The translations under genes and the position numbers were made by a program. Shown here piece after piece: positions 25,720 through 37,790 of a stretch of 64,000 bases of DNA. Below the pieces are notes generated by a model, which worked only from the letters and a program-made list of their open reading frames with translations, was not told where the DNA came from and did no database searches. Within the stretch, counting starts at the first letter, position 1. Each line of letters starts with the position of its first letter. Origin of the DNA: Antechinus flavipes (taxonomy: Eukaryota); assembly GCF_016432865.1 (NCBI RefSeq), contig NC_067400.1, positions 522,536,001-522,600,000 of the forward strand. Direction: 5' to 3'.

Positions 25720-26385
25720 TTAGATAGATTTTAACAAAGCCATTTGCTAAGGACTGGCAGTTGAGGGGAGAAAGTATTATATAAGATAAATGTTATGAAG
25801 AATAGATACACCTTGGAAACAGATTATTAAATAGGAGACATAAAGGAGACTGGAAAGTTAGGGGCAGGGTTATGAGTTGTGGGGTAATGCTACAAACAAG
25901 TCATGAAGTCAGAAAGGAAAAACAGGTTTGGAAGGAAGATGACAGGCTTTGTTATGTGTATAGAACTTCCATGTAAAGATCCTATACTGTAGGCATTTGG
26001 CAAAATGGATATGAAATACAAGAAGAGAAATCAAGATTGGAAGGGCATATTTGGGGAGCATTTATATAATAGGAGTAGCCACTAAAACTGAGAAAATGAA
26101 ATATTGCCTGGGAAACAGTATAAAAACAGAAAAGGGAAGGACTGGAGATAGACATTGGCTGTTCTCTACTTTAAAGCATTAGGAACACGTTATACAGGAG
26201 TGGTTACAGAAGTAGAAGGAAGGAAATCCAGGAGAGTATAGAATCTTTAAAGACAGAGGAGAAAAAAATTTTCTCAAAGAGAAGGGAGTATATAACTCAT
26301 CAATGGCAAGAGCTGCTGAAAGTTCAGGATATCTGGAGACTCACAAAAATAGATCATTAGATTTGGGTTAATATCACTTATCTTC
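25720..26385 (-). mobile_element. Degraded L2 fragment (source of the inverted duplicate)
   Basis: Purine-rich antisense L2 signature (gagctgctgaaagttcaggatatctggag..aaaatagatcattagatttgg). Confidence 0.6.
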
Positions 26386-27319
26386 TTTACAGGAATATTG
26401 TTTGGGTTAATTAACATGAGTTAGTTGATTATATAATCTTTTTGTAAACATATGGCAATTATCCCTAAAACCCAGCTTTAAAAAGAGGGGGAAAACCTAG
26501 CCCTTGGTGCCTTTTGTTAACTTGTAATGATTAACAAATTGGAGTTGCCTTTTTACCTTAATATTTTATGAAATGCTTTGTATTCTTAACAAAAGCAAAT
26601 ATTATTTTTGAACTTTTTTTCACTATAATCTTTTGCATTATCACCATGGCATAGGTGTTGGGTGTATAGAAGCTTTCCATAGGCATAAGGCCTCTCCTCT
26701 ACCTGGGATGTTGTGAGAAAAATGTGTGCTACAAAAGGTCAAATGCCCATGTATGGACAAAACTGCCTGTCCACATGAATTTTGAAAGACAAGGTAGGAG
26801 AGCAGCAGTTGGCAAGCTGCTTTCTGATTTTTCTTTTTGAGGAGATTTTTCATTTTATGAGTTTAGCTAATATTTGAAACAACACAATACTTACATTGTG
26901 TAGAAAATATAAATGTTCTACTTTCCCACAACTTTAGGGAGGGTGGGAATAAGCAATAATTAATTTTTTTTTCTGTTTAGACTTGATTTCTTCAAGTAAA
27001 CAATAAAAAGACTAAATAAACCCTAGGTCAGAGTTATGAATTATCTTGTGAAACTGGCAGGAATTATAACTTCTTGATATAGAAGATAAATTTTGTACAC
27101 TTGGTTCCAAGGCATAATGTTGAGGGGATTGTGATATTTAGATTAATCCAAATACCTCCCCTTCTGAATACTCTCTTTTCTTTAATTTGTTTTTTGGGAA
27201 AGAGGAAGGTATGTAGGTTTTTGTTTTTTGTTTTTGTTGGGGGTTTTCTGGTTTGTTTAGTTTTGTTTTAGATTCTCTCAGTTCTTCCTGCTGTCTTCTT
27301 AGTCTCTTTTGCTGATTCT

Positions 27320-27870
27320 TCATCCTTGTCATGTCCATTAAAATACAGGGGTATCTCATGATTCACTCACTTCTCTTTTCTGTCTATACTCTCTCGCTTG
27401 ATAATCTCATCAATGCCTATAGGTTCAGTTATCTATCATCTCTCTCTGCAGATTATTCCCAAATCTGTGTTTCCAGCTCTCCTGAACTTCCTCCTGAAAA
27501 TCCTTGAATGTTCTGTAGGTTTTTCAAACTTAACATGTCAATGCCAGAAGTCATATTTTTTTTCTGCAACACATAACTCTTCCAGACTTCCTGTTACTAT
27601 CCCAGGCAGGATTATCCTTCCAGTTATCCAGCTACACTTCCTTGGAATCATCTTTGACTTCTCATTTTTACCCCACAAACCTATTCAGTTGCCAAATCTT
27701 GTCATTTCTTTATCCCAACATTGTTCATATACATCCTTTTGTCTCCACTCACATAGCCCAACCTTAGTTGAAATTCTAATCATCTTTTACCTCAAACTAT
27801 TCAAATAACCTAGATGGTCTCCCTGCCTCCATTCTATCCTCTTCACAAATCACAAATGATTTTCTTAGAA
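27320..27870 (+). mobile_element. L2 ORF2 fragment
   Basis: tatcatctctctctgcagattattcccaaatctg is the degraded YADDSQIY RT motif, followed by ggaatcatctttgacttctc. Confidence 0.75.
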
Positions 27871-27989
27871 TAGATTTGGTTGACAGATGAGAAAACTGAA
27901 ATTTGGAGGAGAGAAGTGGTCAATACAACTAGAAAAAGTGGCAGCCAGCACTCCAATGAAATTAAATGAATATTTGTCTACTTTGTGGC

Positions 27990-28680
27990 ATAGTGATAAA
28001 CTCTGGAAATTCAAAATGAAAAATGAAATAGACCCTGTTCTCAAAATGTTTATATTCTTCTTAGGGTATGTACCATGTTTTCTTCCAACTCCTTGAAATT
28101 AGATATAGACAAATAAATTGAAAGTCATTTCAAGAAGGAGAGATTACTGGCCACAGAGGGGATCAGGAAAGGCTCCACATGGGGAAAGGCAAAGAAACTG
28201 AGTCTTCCATGAGGGGAAACTGAAGATTACAAGAGGTAGAGATGAATAGTGTATTCCAGGTAACAAAGTAAGACAGGGCATGTGACAAGGAGACTGGAGA
28301 TGGCATGTTGAATTTAAAGAAGAAGCTAGGAGCTCAGTTTGCCTGGAATGGAAATGCAAGAGAGTAGTAATATGAAAGAAGTATAGAAAGTTAGATGAGG
28401 ACATAGTGTGAAGAGCTAAAAAAAAAATTAAACTCACAAATTCATATTTTAACCCAAAAGCAATTGAAGATGTTTTTGGAGGAGAGTGACATGGTCATCA
28501 GATCTATATCTCAGAAACAATATAAAGGATAATTTTCAGTCTAACAAGCATATGTTACACACGGGGAATACAAAAACAAAAGCAAAACCTTCCTTAGCCT
28601 TAAAGATATTATATTCTAATGAGAGAGACAACATGTGTTATCTATCCATGCATAGATGCAATATACATGCAACACACATA
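27990..28680 (-). mobile_element. L2 fragments
   Basis: gggggatcaggaaaggctcc, gagagtgacatggtcatcagatct and similar antisense L2 motifs. Confidence 0.55.
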
Positions 28681-28952
28681 TGAGTTTACCTTGTGGGCAA
28701 GAGAAGCTTCTTCTACTTCTTTTTAGGAATTAATTTTGAAAAATAGTTCTAGGCATCTCTGCCATTTGGAAGAATATGAGTAATGTCAGTCCTGTAATGG
28801 ATGTTATCTTAAAATTTAAACTTTCATTTTTCACCTTTGTATTTTTCCTGGACAGTGCCTCAATGTTTAATAAATGTTATGAAATCAGATGTGATTTTTT
28901 TTAATCCAGCATAAATTAGTCCTCTTCCCTCACTTTGAATAAACATTATAAT

Positions 28953-29106
28953 GGAGCAGCTAGGTGGCACAGTGGATAGAGCACCAGCTCTGAAGTGAGA
29001 AGGAACTGAGCTCAAATCTGGTCTCAGACACTTAATGCTTCCTAGCTATGTGACCCTGGGCAAGTCACTTAACTCCAATTGCCTCAGCCAAAAAAAAAAT
29101 AATAAT
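28953..29106 (+). mobile_element. WSINE1 (tRNA-derived short core-SINE)
   Basis: ggagcagctaggtggcacagtggatagagcacc A-box/B-box head, ttgcctcagc plus A/AAT tail. Probable decayed TSD AATAAACATTATAAT (28938-52) / AATAAACACCACAAT (29107-21). Confidence 0.9.
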
Positions 29107-29882
29107 AATAAACACCACAATCATTGTGTTCAAAAGGCAGTGTTCTCTGTAGTGCCAAATCCTTTGTTTTTTCACTTTTTCAAATGGTATCTGGAAAAAA
29201 GTCATTCCCTTCTAGATTGTTTCTTTTTTATCATGAAAATTTCAGTTTCACAACACTTTGTTTTTAATCCTTGGTTTTTGTTTTTAATCTCTTGTTTTCT
29301 CACTAAAAACTCAATATGACCAATTTAGGAACTGCATTCATGCCTCCCATTCTTTACATTCATAGAGTTTCTGGACACAGGTAGTCCTTTGGTTTTTTGG
29401 TCTTAGTTGAGGGCCTTGATGGAAAATGTATCTGCTAAATAAAAAAGCATTTTGGTGTCATCTTTATTAGTACAAAAGCCAGTATTTTCAGCTATCTCCA
29501 TGGCATAACCACAGAACAAACTGTTAGAGTTACAAAGGAACTCAGGACAAAGAATGTTAGAGTCAGCAGGGATCTTAGAGAATATAATGTCAGATATATG
29601 AAAAATACTAGATATCCCAACTAAGCCTTCCATGTTACATTTAAGGAAATTTAGATTTAGAGAGAAATGATTTGCCCAGTGAATCAGTAAAGATTTTTAA
29701 TTCTTCCAAACCTGGCACTCTTAGCATTATACCATGTATCCTGCTAAAATATAACTTGATATTTTGTTTCTTTTCCTTTCTTCTATTATCTATCACTGAA
29801 AATCTTAATGATGAGCAAAATGATTATAGACAGGCATAATAAGAAAGAAATAATCCTGTAAAATTTGAAAATTAACTTCCTT

Positions 29883-30459
29883 AAATGAAAGGATGTCCAT
29901 CAATTGGAGAATGATTGAGTAAATTGTGGTATATGCATGTTATGGAATATTATTGTTCTGTAAGGAATGACCAGCAGGATGAATACAGAGAGGACTGGCG
30001 AGACTTACATGAACTGATGCTGAGTGAAATGAGCAGAACCAGGAGATCATTATATACCTCAACAATGATACTGTTTGAGGATGTATTCTGAGGGAAGTGG
30101 ATCTCTTCGATAAAGAGAGCCTTAATTGATCAAAGATGGACAGAAACAGCTACACCCAGAGAAAGAACACTGGGAAATGAATATAAACTGCTTGCATTTT
30201 TGTTTTTCTTCCCGGGTTTTTTATACCTTCTGAATTCAATTCTCCCTGTGCAACAAGAAAACTGTTGGGTTCTGCACACATATATTGTATCTAGGATATA
30301 CTGTAACCCATTCAACATGTAAAGGACTGCTTGCCATCTGGGGGAAGGGGTGGAGGGAGGGAGGGGAAAAATTGGAACAGAAGTGAATGCAAGGGATAAT
30401 GCTGTAAAAAATTACCCTGGCATGCGTTCTATCAATAAAAAGTTATTTAAAAAAAAAAA
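29883..30459 (+). mobile_element. 5'-truncated L1 3' end with 16-bp TSD
   Basis: Contains the ORF2 end (gaactgatgctgagtgaaatgagcagaacc), 3'UTR, G-rich tract, aataaa and polyA. TSD GAAAATTAA(C/A)TTCCTT at 29867-29882 and 30460-30475. Confidence 0.92.
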
Positions 30460-30510
30460 GAAAATTAAATTCCTTTCATTCCCTGCAAGTCTGACCATGT
30501 CACATTAAAA

Positions 30511-30530
30511 CTTTCTCTCTCTCTCTTTCT

Positions 30531-30594
<64 letters not shown>
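30511..30594. repeat. (CT)n microsatellite within an L2 3' fragment (about 30480-30970)
   Basis: Direct reading; the flanks carry L2 motifs ending tgcttagcacataaaacc..taataaatgcttattgattgagtga. Confidence 0.9.
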
Positions 30595-30599
<5 letters not shown>

Positions 30600-32493
30600 C
30601 AACTTTTAGAATCAAATACAAAATATTTTGTTAGGCATTCAAAACTCTTGATAACCTTCTTCCCTTCTTATATACTCCCCCATTCCACTTTCTCACATCT
30701 TGCTCCTGCCATGTGCTCTTCAGTCCAATGACATTGGCCTCCTGCTGTTCTTCAAACCATACACTTCATCTCTTTGTCCTTGAAATTTTCTCCTTCCTCA
30801 TCCCTGCCTGACTTCCTTGACTCCTATCAAGCTTCAACCTCTATATCCCAACCTCGGTCTCCCTCATTTGATTATAATCTCCTTGAGGGAAGGCACAGTC
30901 TATGACTTCTTTTGCATTCCTGATGCTTAGCACATAAAACCCACTTCTAATAAATGCTTATTGATTGAGTGACTCTTTCTCAAGGTGTATAATATGTAAT
31001 GAAGTTGTCCAAACACCTTAACTGTTGCTTCTTATTACACAATCTCAAAGTTGAGAGAGAAATGAAGGGTAATTCAGTCCAATCCCATGCCTAAGGGCCA
31101 GGTTGGAGCAGGGGAAGGCACCCAGTACAGGGCCATGGTTTGAAAGTCAGGGAAGGGAATGAGAGGGAATCAGCTTAGATCCTTAAACCAAACAGAAACT
31201 ATAGAAGGAATTCACTAATGGAAGAGGAAAGTGGGCCTTGCAGAGGAATATGCCAGGGTAAGCAGGCTGCAAGGGCAGCATTCTATTCTAGAGCAAGATG
31301 CTACTCTGAAGGAAAATCCAGGATAAGCTTTCTGTAGGAAAGGCACAGGTTTTGAAGTCCAGAAAGTCAGATGGGGATTGATTCAAGTTATAAGATCGAA
31401 TTTGTTTTGCTTGACTATGGATATTTATTACAAGGATTTCTGCATACAAACACCCTCTTCCAACCAATCCAGTGGATAGAGGAAAAAAAAGAAAGAGAAA
31501 ATAAATGCTTGTTAATTAAAAATAAAATAAAATTTATTAAAAACTACCAAAAAGTCAATTAAGTAGTAAGAATCAGAACTGGAATTTAAACCTAAATCAC
31601 CCAACTCCAGATCCAGCACTCTTTCCACTACACCTGACTGCCTTTCTACATATCTGATGATGAAAACTCAATTTCCCTGGAACACCTCATTTTTCTAAAT
31701 AATCAGGATGTTTCCTTAATAACAAACTGAACTATGCCTACTTACATTCTCCCCCAGCATTGTTCTTCAGCATACCTTTTGGGACAAAGCAGAGTAAGTA
31801 CAGGATACTTTTTAATGCATCCAATTAAATATATACAATATCCAAAAAAACCAACTAAATGGAAATACAATTTTATAAAAATAAGTTCATGGGCTTCAGT
31901 TAAGAGCCCTGCTCTAGAGGTTTCAATGTTAGGTTGGTGTCAATGAAGCCAAGACTCTTACCTACTAGTATCTTACCTTGTCCCACATGAGTGACTGGCT
32001 CACTTCCATTTCTAGTCATACATAATAATCTTTTAAGATATACATATCTAGTCATAGATAATATCTTTTAAGACATTGGTAATGCTAATAATAAGAACAA
32101 TCTCATACTTCTGAACAATATAGAATTTTGCTTTTTTGAAGAGATCTCAGAAACCATCCAACCCAAACCCCAAAATGAACCAACATTTTGTTAAATCAAG
32201 CTGGCAATCATGACTGATTTCCATTGAAAATATAGTAATTTGCAATCTCAGATCCTAAACTTTGGGATAAGCAATGGTTTGCACAATTTGGTTCTTAGAA
32301 AAACAGATAAATTCTTGATGAACTCTTGCATTTCTCTAAGGTGAAAAAGTTTGTAGCCTAGATCTTATGCATACATTTTTAGACAGCTCCTTCTTTGAAT
32401 CAGGAGCATGGCTAAACCATTGTTCATTGAGGCTCTTACCTGAATGTTCTGAGACTTGTGAAAAGTCTTACCAGCACTCTGTTCTCTCTGCAG

Positions 32494-32589
32494 GTGGTGC
32501 GGGATTACAATCTTCAGCTGTTTTTACAAGAGAATTCTGTGTTTCATAAACCGCCACCTTTCCAGTTCCATCCCAGTGACAGCGATACC
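32494..32589 (+). CDS. FCHSD2: FCHSD2 coding exon (probably exon 10), 96 nt, phase 0-0
   Basis: Acceptor ctgttctctctgcag, donor gtaagg. Translates VVRDYNLQLFLQENSVFHKPPPFQFHPSDSDT. Confidence 0.95.
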
Positions 32590-35141
32590 GTAAGGAAATT
32601 CTTCTGCCTTCTTGTCTTTGTTTTACCTTTTTTTTATTATATTCATAGCCTTCTCCAGGAAGCAGACAAAAGCCAGGCTGGCCTTACTAAATTTTCTACT
32701 TGCCCTCAACATCTGGCATTCCTGAATTAGATGGAAAGCCCTGACTAGTTCTCACCAGCTCTGTGGAGCCAATTTTATTACAAGCAACATGGAAGAGAAA
32801 GCCAAGCCATCCCCTGCAGAGAGACTGTAGCAATCTTAATTCTAGCAATGTGATAAAAATGCTCATCAGGTCCTGATACTATTATTCTGAACTAACAGCT
32901 CTTTACTAAGATGTGTGAAAATCCCAGAGAAGTTACTGAAATTCTGAAAATCTAAGTAGAAAAAGGAAAGAGCAAGGAAAACAATCCCAGAAAAATCATA
33001 GTTATTTTTGTTTAAGCAGATAGAAATAAAATACCCTGCATAATGTTGTCCCTTCCTAGGACTTGGTTTCTTCATTGATAAAATAAAAGAGGTTGGACTA
33101 GGTGACCTCTAACTTTGCAACTCTTGATCTTTGATCCTGTGTTTTAAACTAAATGCCACCAACATATCATGAAACCTTGCTGTAATGTGATAGCTTTAAT
33201 CCAATCATCTGAAACATAGATTGAATAGTCAACATGGGCTTGAGTCCAAGCAACCTTAGCTCCCCTAAGTGTCTATTTCGTTTCTCATTTATAACATTGT
33301 TTCTTTAAAAAAAAATTGCATGTAACCCATAATTTTCATTCTACTATATTCACATAATTAATTAACAATATTAGTCTTCACAGAAAATCACCAGTTTTTC
33401 TGCACATGACACTTTGTGTCTTAGGTCCTTCCCCAAAAATCCTTGGTTAAATATTAGTGGAGTAAATGATATAATACTGAGTGCCTTCATGAATTTTTAA
33501 CTTTGTATTCTGATTGTTCCTTTCTCTTCTTCAATCCAGTTAGAGTACCACAAATAACTCTTTATTTCTGTGGTGCTTTACATTCTATAAAACATTTTCT
33601 TTATAACTATAACTATGAGGTGAATAATGTAGATATTAATAAACATTTTACAGACGAAGACGAAGAACATTTTACAAACTCAAAAAATTTAAGCAAGTTA
33701 CTTTCCTAAGAGCTATACAGTTAGCAAAACTAAGATCCAGTCTGTGAACCCAGGTCTAAAGGGCGTTTTTCTTATTGTGTACTATACTACCTCTTTTGTA
33801 ATCTTAGCAGTGATTTTGAAAGAAAAGAATTACATTCAACCTTTCTATTCCTGGGTTCACTCTCTGAAACATGAGAATGAGAAAAACTTTTCTAAGAAAT
33901 AAGTCATGAATCAAGGCAGCTGGGGTATAGTACAGTAAGACTCACCTCAGAGTTAGGAAGCTCTGTGTTCAAGTCCCGTCTTTCATATATATTAGTTATA
34001 AATGAACCATTGGACAAATCACTCAACCTCTCAATGTCTTATTGAGACAATGAATTGTAGAGTATCTGTCAAGCTGCATCCATGAATGGAGTTTCCTCAC
34101 CAAGAGTTCCTTACACAGATGAAATTATAGATTCATTATTGGATGGTATAAGGAAAAGAATTAACATTAAGATTATAGCAGGCATTTTTATTGTGCTTTG
34201 CATTCAATAAATTGCTTTAAGACACATTACTTAAGTTATTGATTAATTCTGCACTGGTTTTACAATGTTAAACAAAAACAGTACTATAGGAATCAGTTAC
34301 GTAGAAACAGTGTTATAAAGAGAACAGCAGACCTATTGGCCTTGCAAGGAATCATTGACACTGGGGCTCCAATACTAGCTCATCCATTAAGTCATCCATC
34401 CAATTTGTGTCTCAGGTGATCAAGTAAATAGCATTTCTCAATGTTACAGGGGGTTTGGATATATTGCACAAATAATCTTCTTGTGACAACATTATGTGGC
34501 ATTTCCTTTGTTCCATCAGCTTTCACTGCAACAATATTAGGTAGATAGTCTGATATTATTATCCTTATTCTTAAAGGAGAGCAGTGAGGCTCATACAAGT
34601 TAGTAAATGTTGGGCCATAACTCAAACTCTGGAGTTTTCCTTCCATCTAGACCTCATTCCACCACATTAGCTACATCTTTTAAGGCAGGTTTAAAATATG
34701 TCACACATAGCCAGATATCCAGTAGTTGTTGTCAGATATAGTGGGATCTGATTGTAATTCTTCTCCACCAAATAGGTCTCAACTTGTTTGTTACTTTCTG
34801 CTGATGACCTGTAAATTAGCTTGGGATTGTCCCTATAGGGAATGGAGGTTTGGCTGTGAGTGCGAGAGGGGAAGACCAAGAAGAGTAGGGAAAAGGAGCT
34901 ATGGTATTTTTTGGTTAAAAAAAGTTAAGCCTTTAACTAAAATTATAATCAAAAGCAAATTATCCTGACTTTTATCATCAGAAAAAATAGGCCACTTTAG
35001 CCCTTTTCTAACTTTTCTTAAGCCTTCCTTTTCTCACCTACTTCCTGCTAAATGTTCTTAACTGCTCTCCTTGTGCCTTTGTGCGTTGCAGCTCTAACTC
35101 TATGCTCTGTTTCCTCTGTCTCTGGGCTTTCTCTTGGACAG

Positions 35142-35213
35142 AGTTTAAATGCAGTGCAGCTGGTGGATATTGAGCCCTCACCCGTCAGTGCTATGAGAAT
35201 GACCATAGCAGAG
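35142..35213 (+). CDS. FCHSD2: Candidate alternative (cassette) FCHSD2 exon, 72 nt, in frame
   Basis: Branch-like ctaac at 35094-98, pyrimidine tract and cag acceptor, stop-free SLNAVQLVDIEPSPVSAMRMTIAE, donor GAG|gtacat. Phase 0-0, like its neighbours. Confidence 0.7.
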
Positions 35214-35475
35214 GTACATGATCTGGGAGTATCTGTCAGGGTGGGGTTCCCCTGGGGAGCTGGGGGATGAACACACAGACACAGCAGTGAATCATGAAGA
35301 AAATCCATTCACTGACTGAATTGACAGTTAAATGTACCATGGTGTTAGTTCCCAATTCCTCCTGTTTTGTGATATGTGATCAGCTGTGGGATTTTACTTC
35401 TCATCATTTTCATGTAGAAATTCAGATTCTAATTTGACCAACTTTAATCTTGACTTGAGGAAGAGCTTTCAAATC

Positions 35476-35537
35476 TCATATATGTCATCATTAATATCTT
35501 AGGGAATCATATGTGTCATCATTAATATCTTAGGAAC
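35476..35537. repeat. Tandem duplication of a 31-bp unit
   Basis: tcatatatgtcatcattaatatcttagggaa followed by tcatatgtgtcatcattaatatcttaggaac. Confidence 0.9.
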
Positions 35538-37631
35538 TGGCATCTCTGCTTCTGGAAACATGCTTGGCATCCATTTGTTACTTTTTTCAATGTGTTGACC
35601 AGGTTTATATATTGAATTTATATATTTATGTATTGAATATTTTGGATTTATACTGAACTTTTGTAATTAGTGCTGCAATTAACTTATTATATTACATAGG
35701 GTAAATGGCATTTTTTTCTATTTCAAATAAAACCAACCACATATAGAATTGTGAAATATCCATTCTAAATAAAATTCTTTTGAGGTTAATGTCTATTTGT
35801 TAAAATTAGAGGTTTAGGCTAAGCCAGACTGTAGAATGCTTAGATTGCTCTTCTAATTCATGAATTCAGCAAATATTTATTAAGCAGCTCTCTATGCAGA
35901 ACATGAACAATACAGGGATAGATGTTTAAAAGTGTAGCTAAGACGTGATTCCTTCCTGCCTTGGGCAAATTCCCAGCTAAGTAGAGGAAGAAGATAAAAG
36001 CATAGAGAATTTTATTTAAGCCATGGTCCAAGACACCCCTCCAAAAAAAATTTATATCATGGGACCTGGACTTAGGACTTAGGTTAGTACTATATGTTTG
36101 AAATGTCTGACCATGTTATCTTTGGGTTCCATGTACTTGGTATGTAGTGCAAAGCCATAGATTTTCAGAGTTGGAATAGACCTTTGAGACCATCTGATCC
36201 ATCCCTCTCATTTTAGAGAGGAGAAAATTGAGTCCTAGAGAAATGACTTGCCCAAGACAACTCAGTTAATAGATATTTCTACTTTCTTTCTTTGAGCAAA
36301 GCCAAAAAAGCCATTTTGTGGGAGAATTTGCTTCACCTTGCCTTGCTTGGAGAGAAAGTTGCCTGAAAATAATTAGGAGAGTCATTGTAAGAAAGGGCAT
36401 GTCTCTCCCTCTACCTAGTCCCCTAAGCAAAAAAAAAGGAACATTCTGTGTGCTGAGTTGTCAGCTGTAAGAATAGATTGACAGGGTCAATTATCAGGAA
36501 CTCTATTTGGTGGACAAGGTTACCTTACTGTGAGTTGGGGAAAGAAAAGAAAAATAATGAAAATGCCCACATCCAACAAGCTGAGCTAAGCACAACTATA
36601 AAGGAAAAAGTGCTGAGGGGAAAGAGTTCTTTTAGCCAGCTTTTTAATGTTTCCTAATATATGGGGGAGGACACCCTTTCCTCTCCGCTTTCTTTCAGCT
36701 GCATAACAGATCACAGATTGTGGCAGAAAAAAGCTGACAAAGTTCTGGAAATCAGTCATTTTCCTGTTTTTAGCTCTGATGTATTTGTCTAATTAGAGCT
36801 GAGCTTTAAGGATCCTTGATTCATTCACTCAAACATTTATCAAGCAAATCTTCTACAGAAAGTACTATGGTTGACACTAAGAGAGATAGACTTTAGATTG
36901 TGAATAAATGCATGCATGCATGTATGAATGAAAAACACTGATTATGTGCAAAACTCTATGCCAACTGCTGAGAAGACAAACAGAAAAGTAGTCTCTGCTT
37001 TCAAGGAGCTCACATTCTAATAGGAGAAACAACACATATGGGAATTGTAGCTACAGTTATGACGAAAAGTCCCATAGGCCTTAGGATGCAGCAGCAGAGA
37101 TGATGGTGATGCCATTTCTTTCATGGCATCTTCATTCGACAATACCAAGAACTTAGCTAAGACCTGGTCCCTGCCTTCATGGAGTTTACTATCTAAGGTT
37201 GTTATTAAAGGAGGAAGGATTCCTCTTTTATTTTTATTTTTGTTTTCTTTCAATTCTAATTTTTTTCATTTAATTTTAAAATATTTACATTTAAAAAATA
37301 ATTGATATCTCTTACTATTACTTACCTCTTTATCTGTAAAAACAGTATCATAAACCTTAAAGAAGGTGGCATTTAGACTGAGCTGTCAAACATAGGTAGG
37401 AATTTAAAAGTAGAAGGGGAGACATTCCAGGCATAGGGAACATCATGACTAAGGACATGCAGAGGATCTAATGAAGAGAAAGAAAGTCATTCCAGTTTAC
37501 CTGGAGCATACTGTACATGGAGAAGAGTAATGAGATAACACTGGAAAGACAGAGTAACATCAGATTGTGAATTCAGCGAAAGTAGTAGAAGGTTAGGTCT
37601 TTATTCCAATGTGATTGAAAGATAGAGATGA

Positions 37632-37790
37632 GGACAGCTAGGTGGTGCAGTGTATAGAACACCAGCCCTGAAGTCAGGAGGACCTGAGTTCAAATTTGGT
37701 CTCAGAAACCTAATACTGCCTAGTCGTGTGACCCTGGCACGTCACTTAACCCCAATTGCCTCAGCAAAAAAAAAAAAAAAAAAAAAAAAA
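37632..37790 (+). mobile_element. WSINE1 with 25-nt polyA tail
   Basis: ggacagctaggtggtgcagtg..agaacaccagccctgaagtcaggaggacctgagttcaaat...ccccaattgcctcagc(A)n. Confidence 0.92.

Noticed and set aside
32367-32730. ORFs 32367-32549 and 32458-32730 as separate genes
   Set aside because: The 90-aa ORF is the FCHSD2 96-nt exon plus read-through into flanking intron; the other overlaps it out of frame.
36908-36920. Tandem TGCATG (RBFOX-like) motifs 1.7 kb downstream of the cassette exon
   Set aside because: They lie in the decayed (TGAA/TGCA)n tail of an L2 fragment and are far from the exon.
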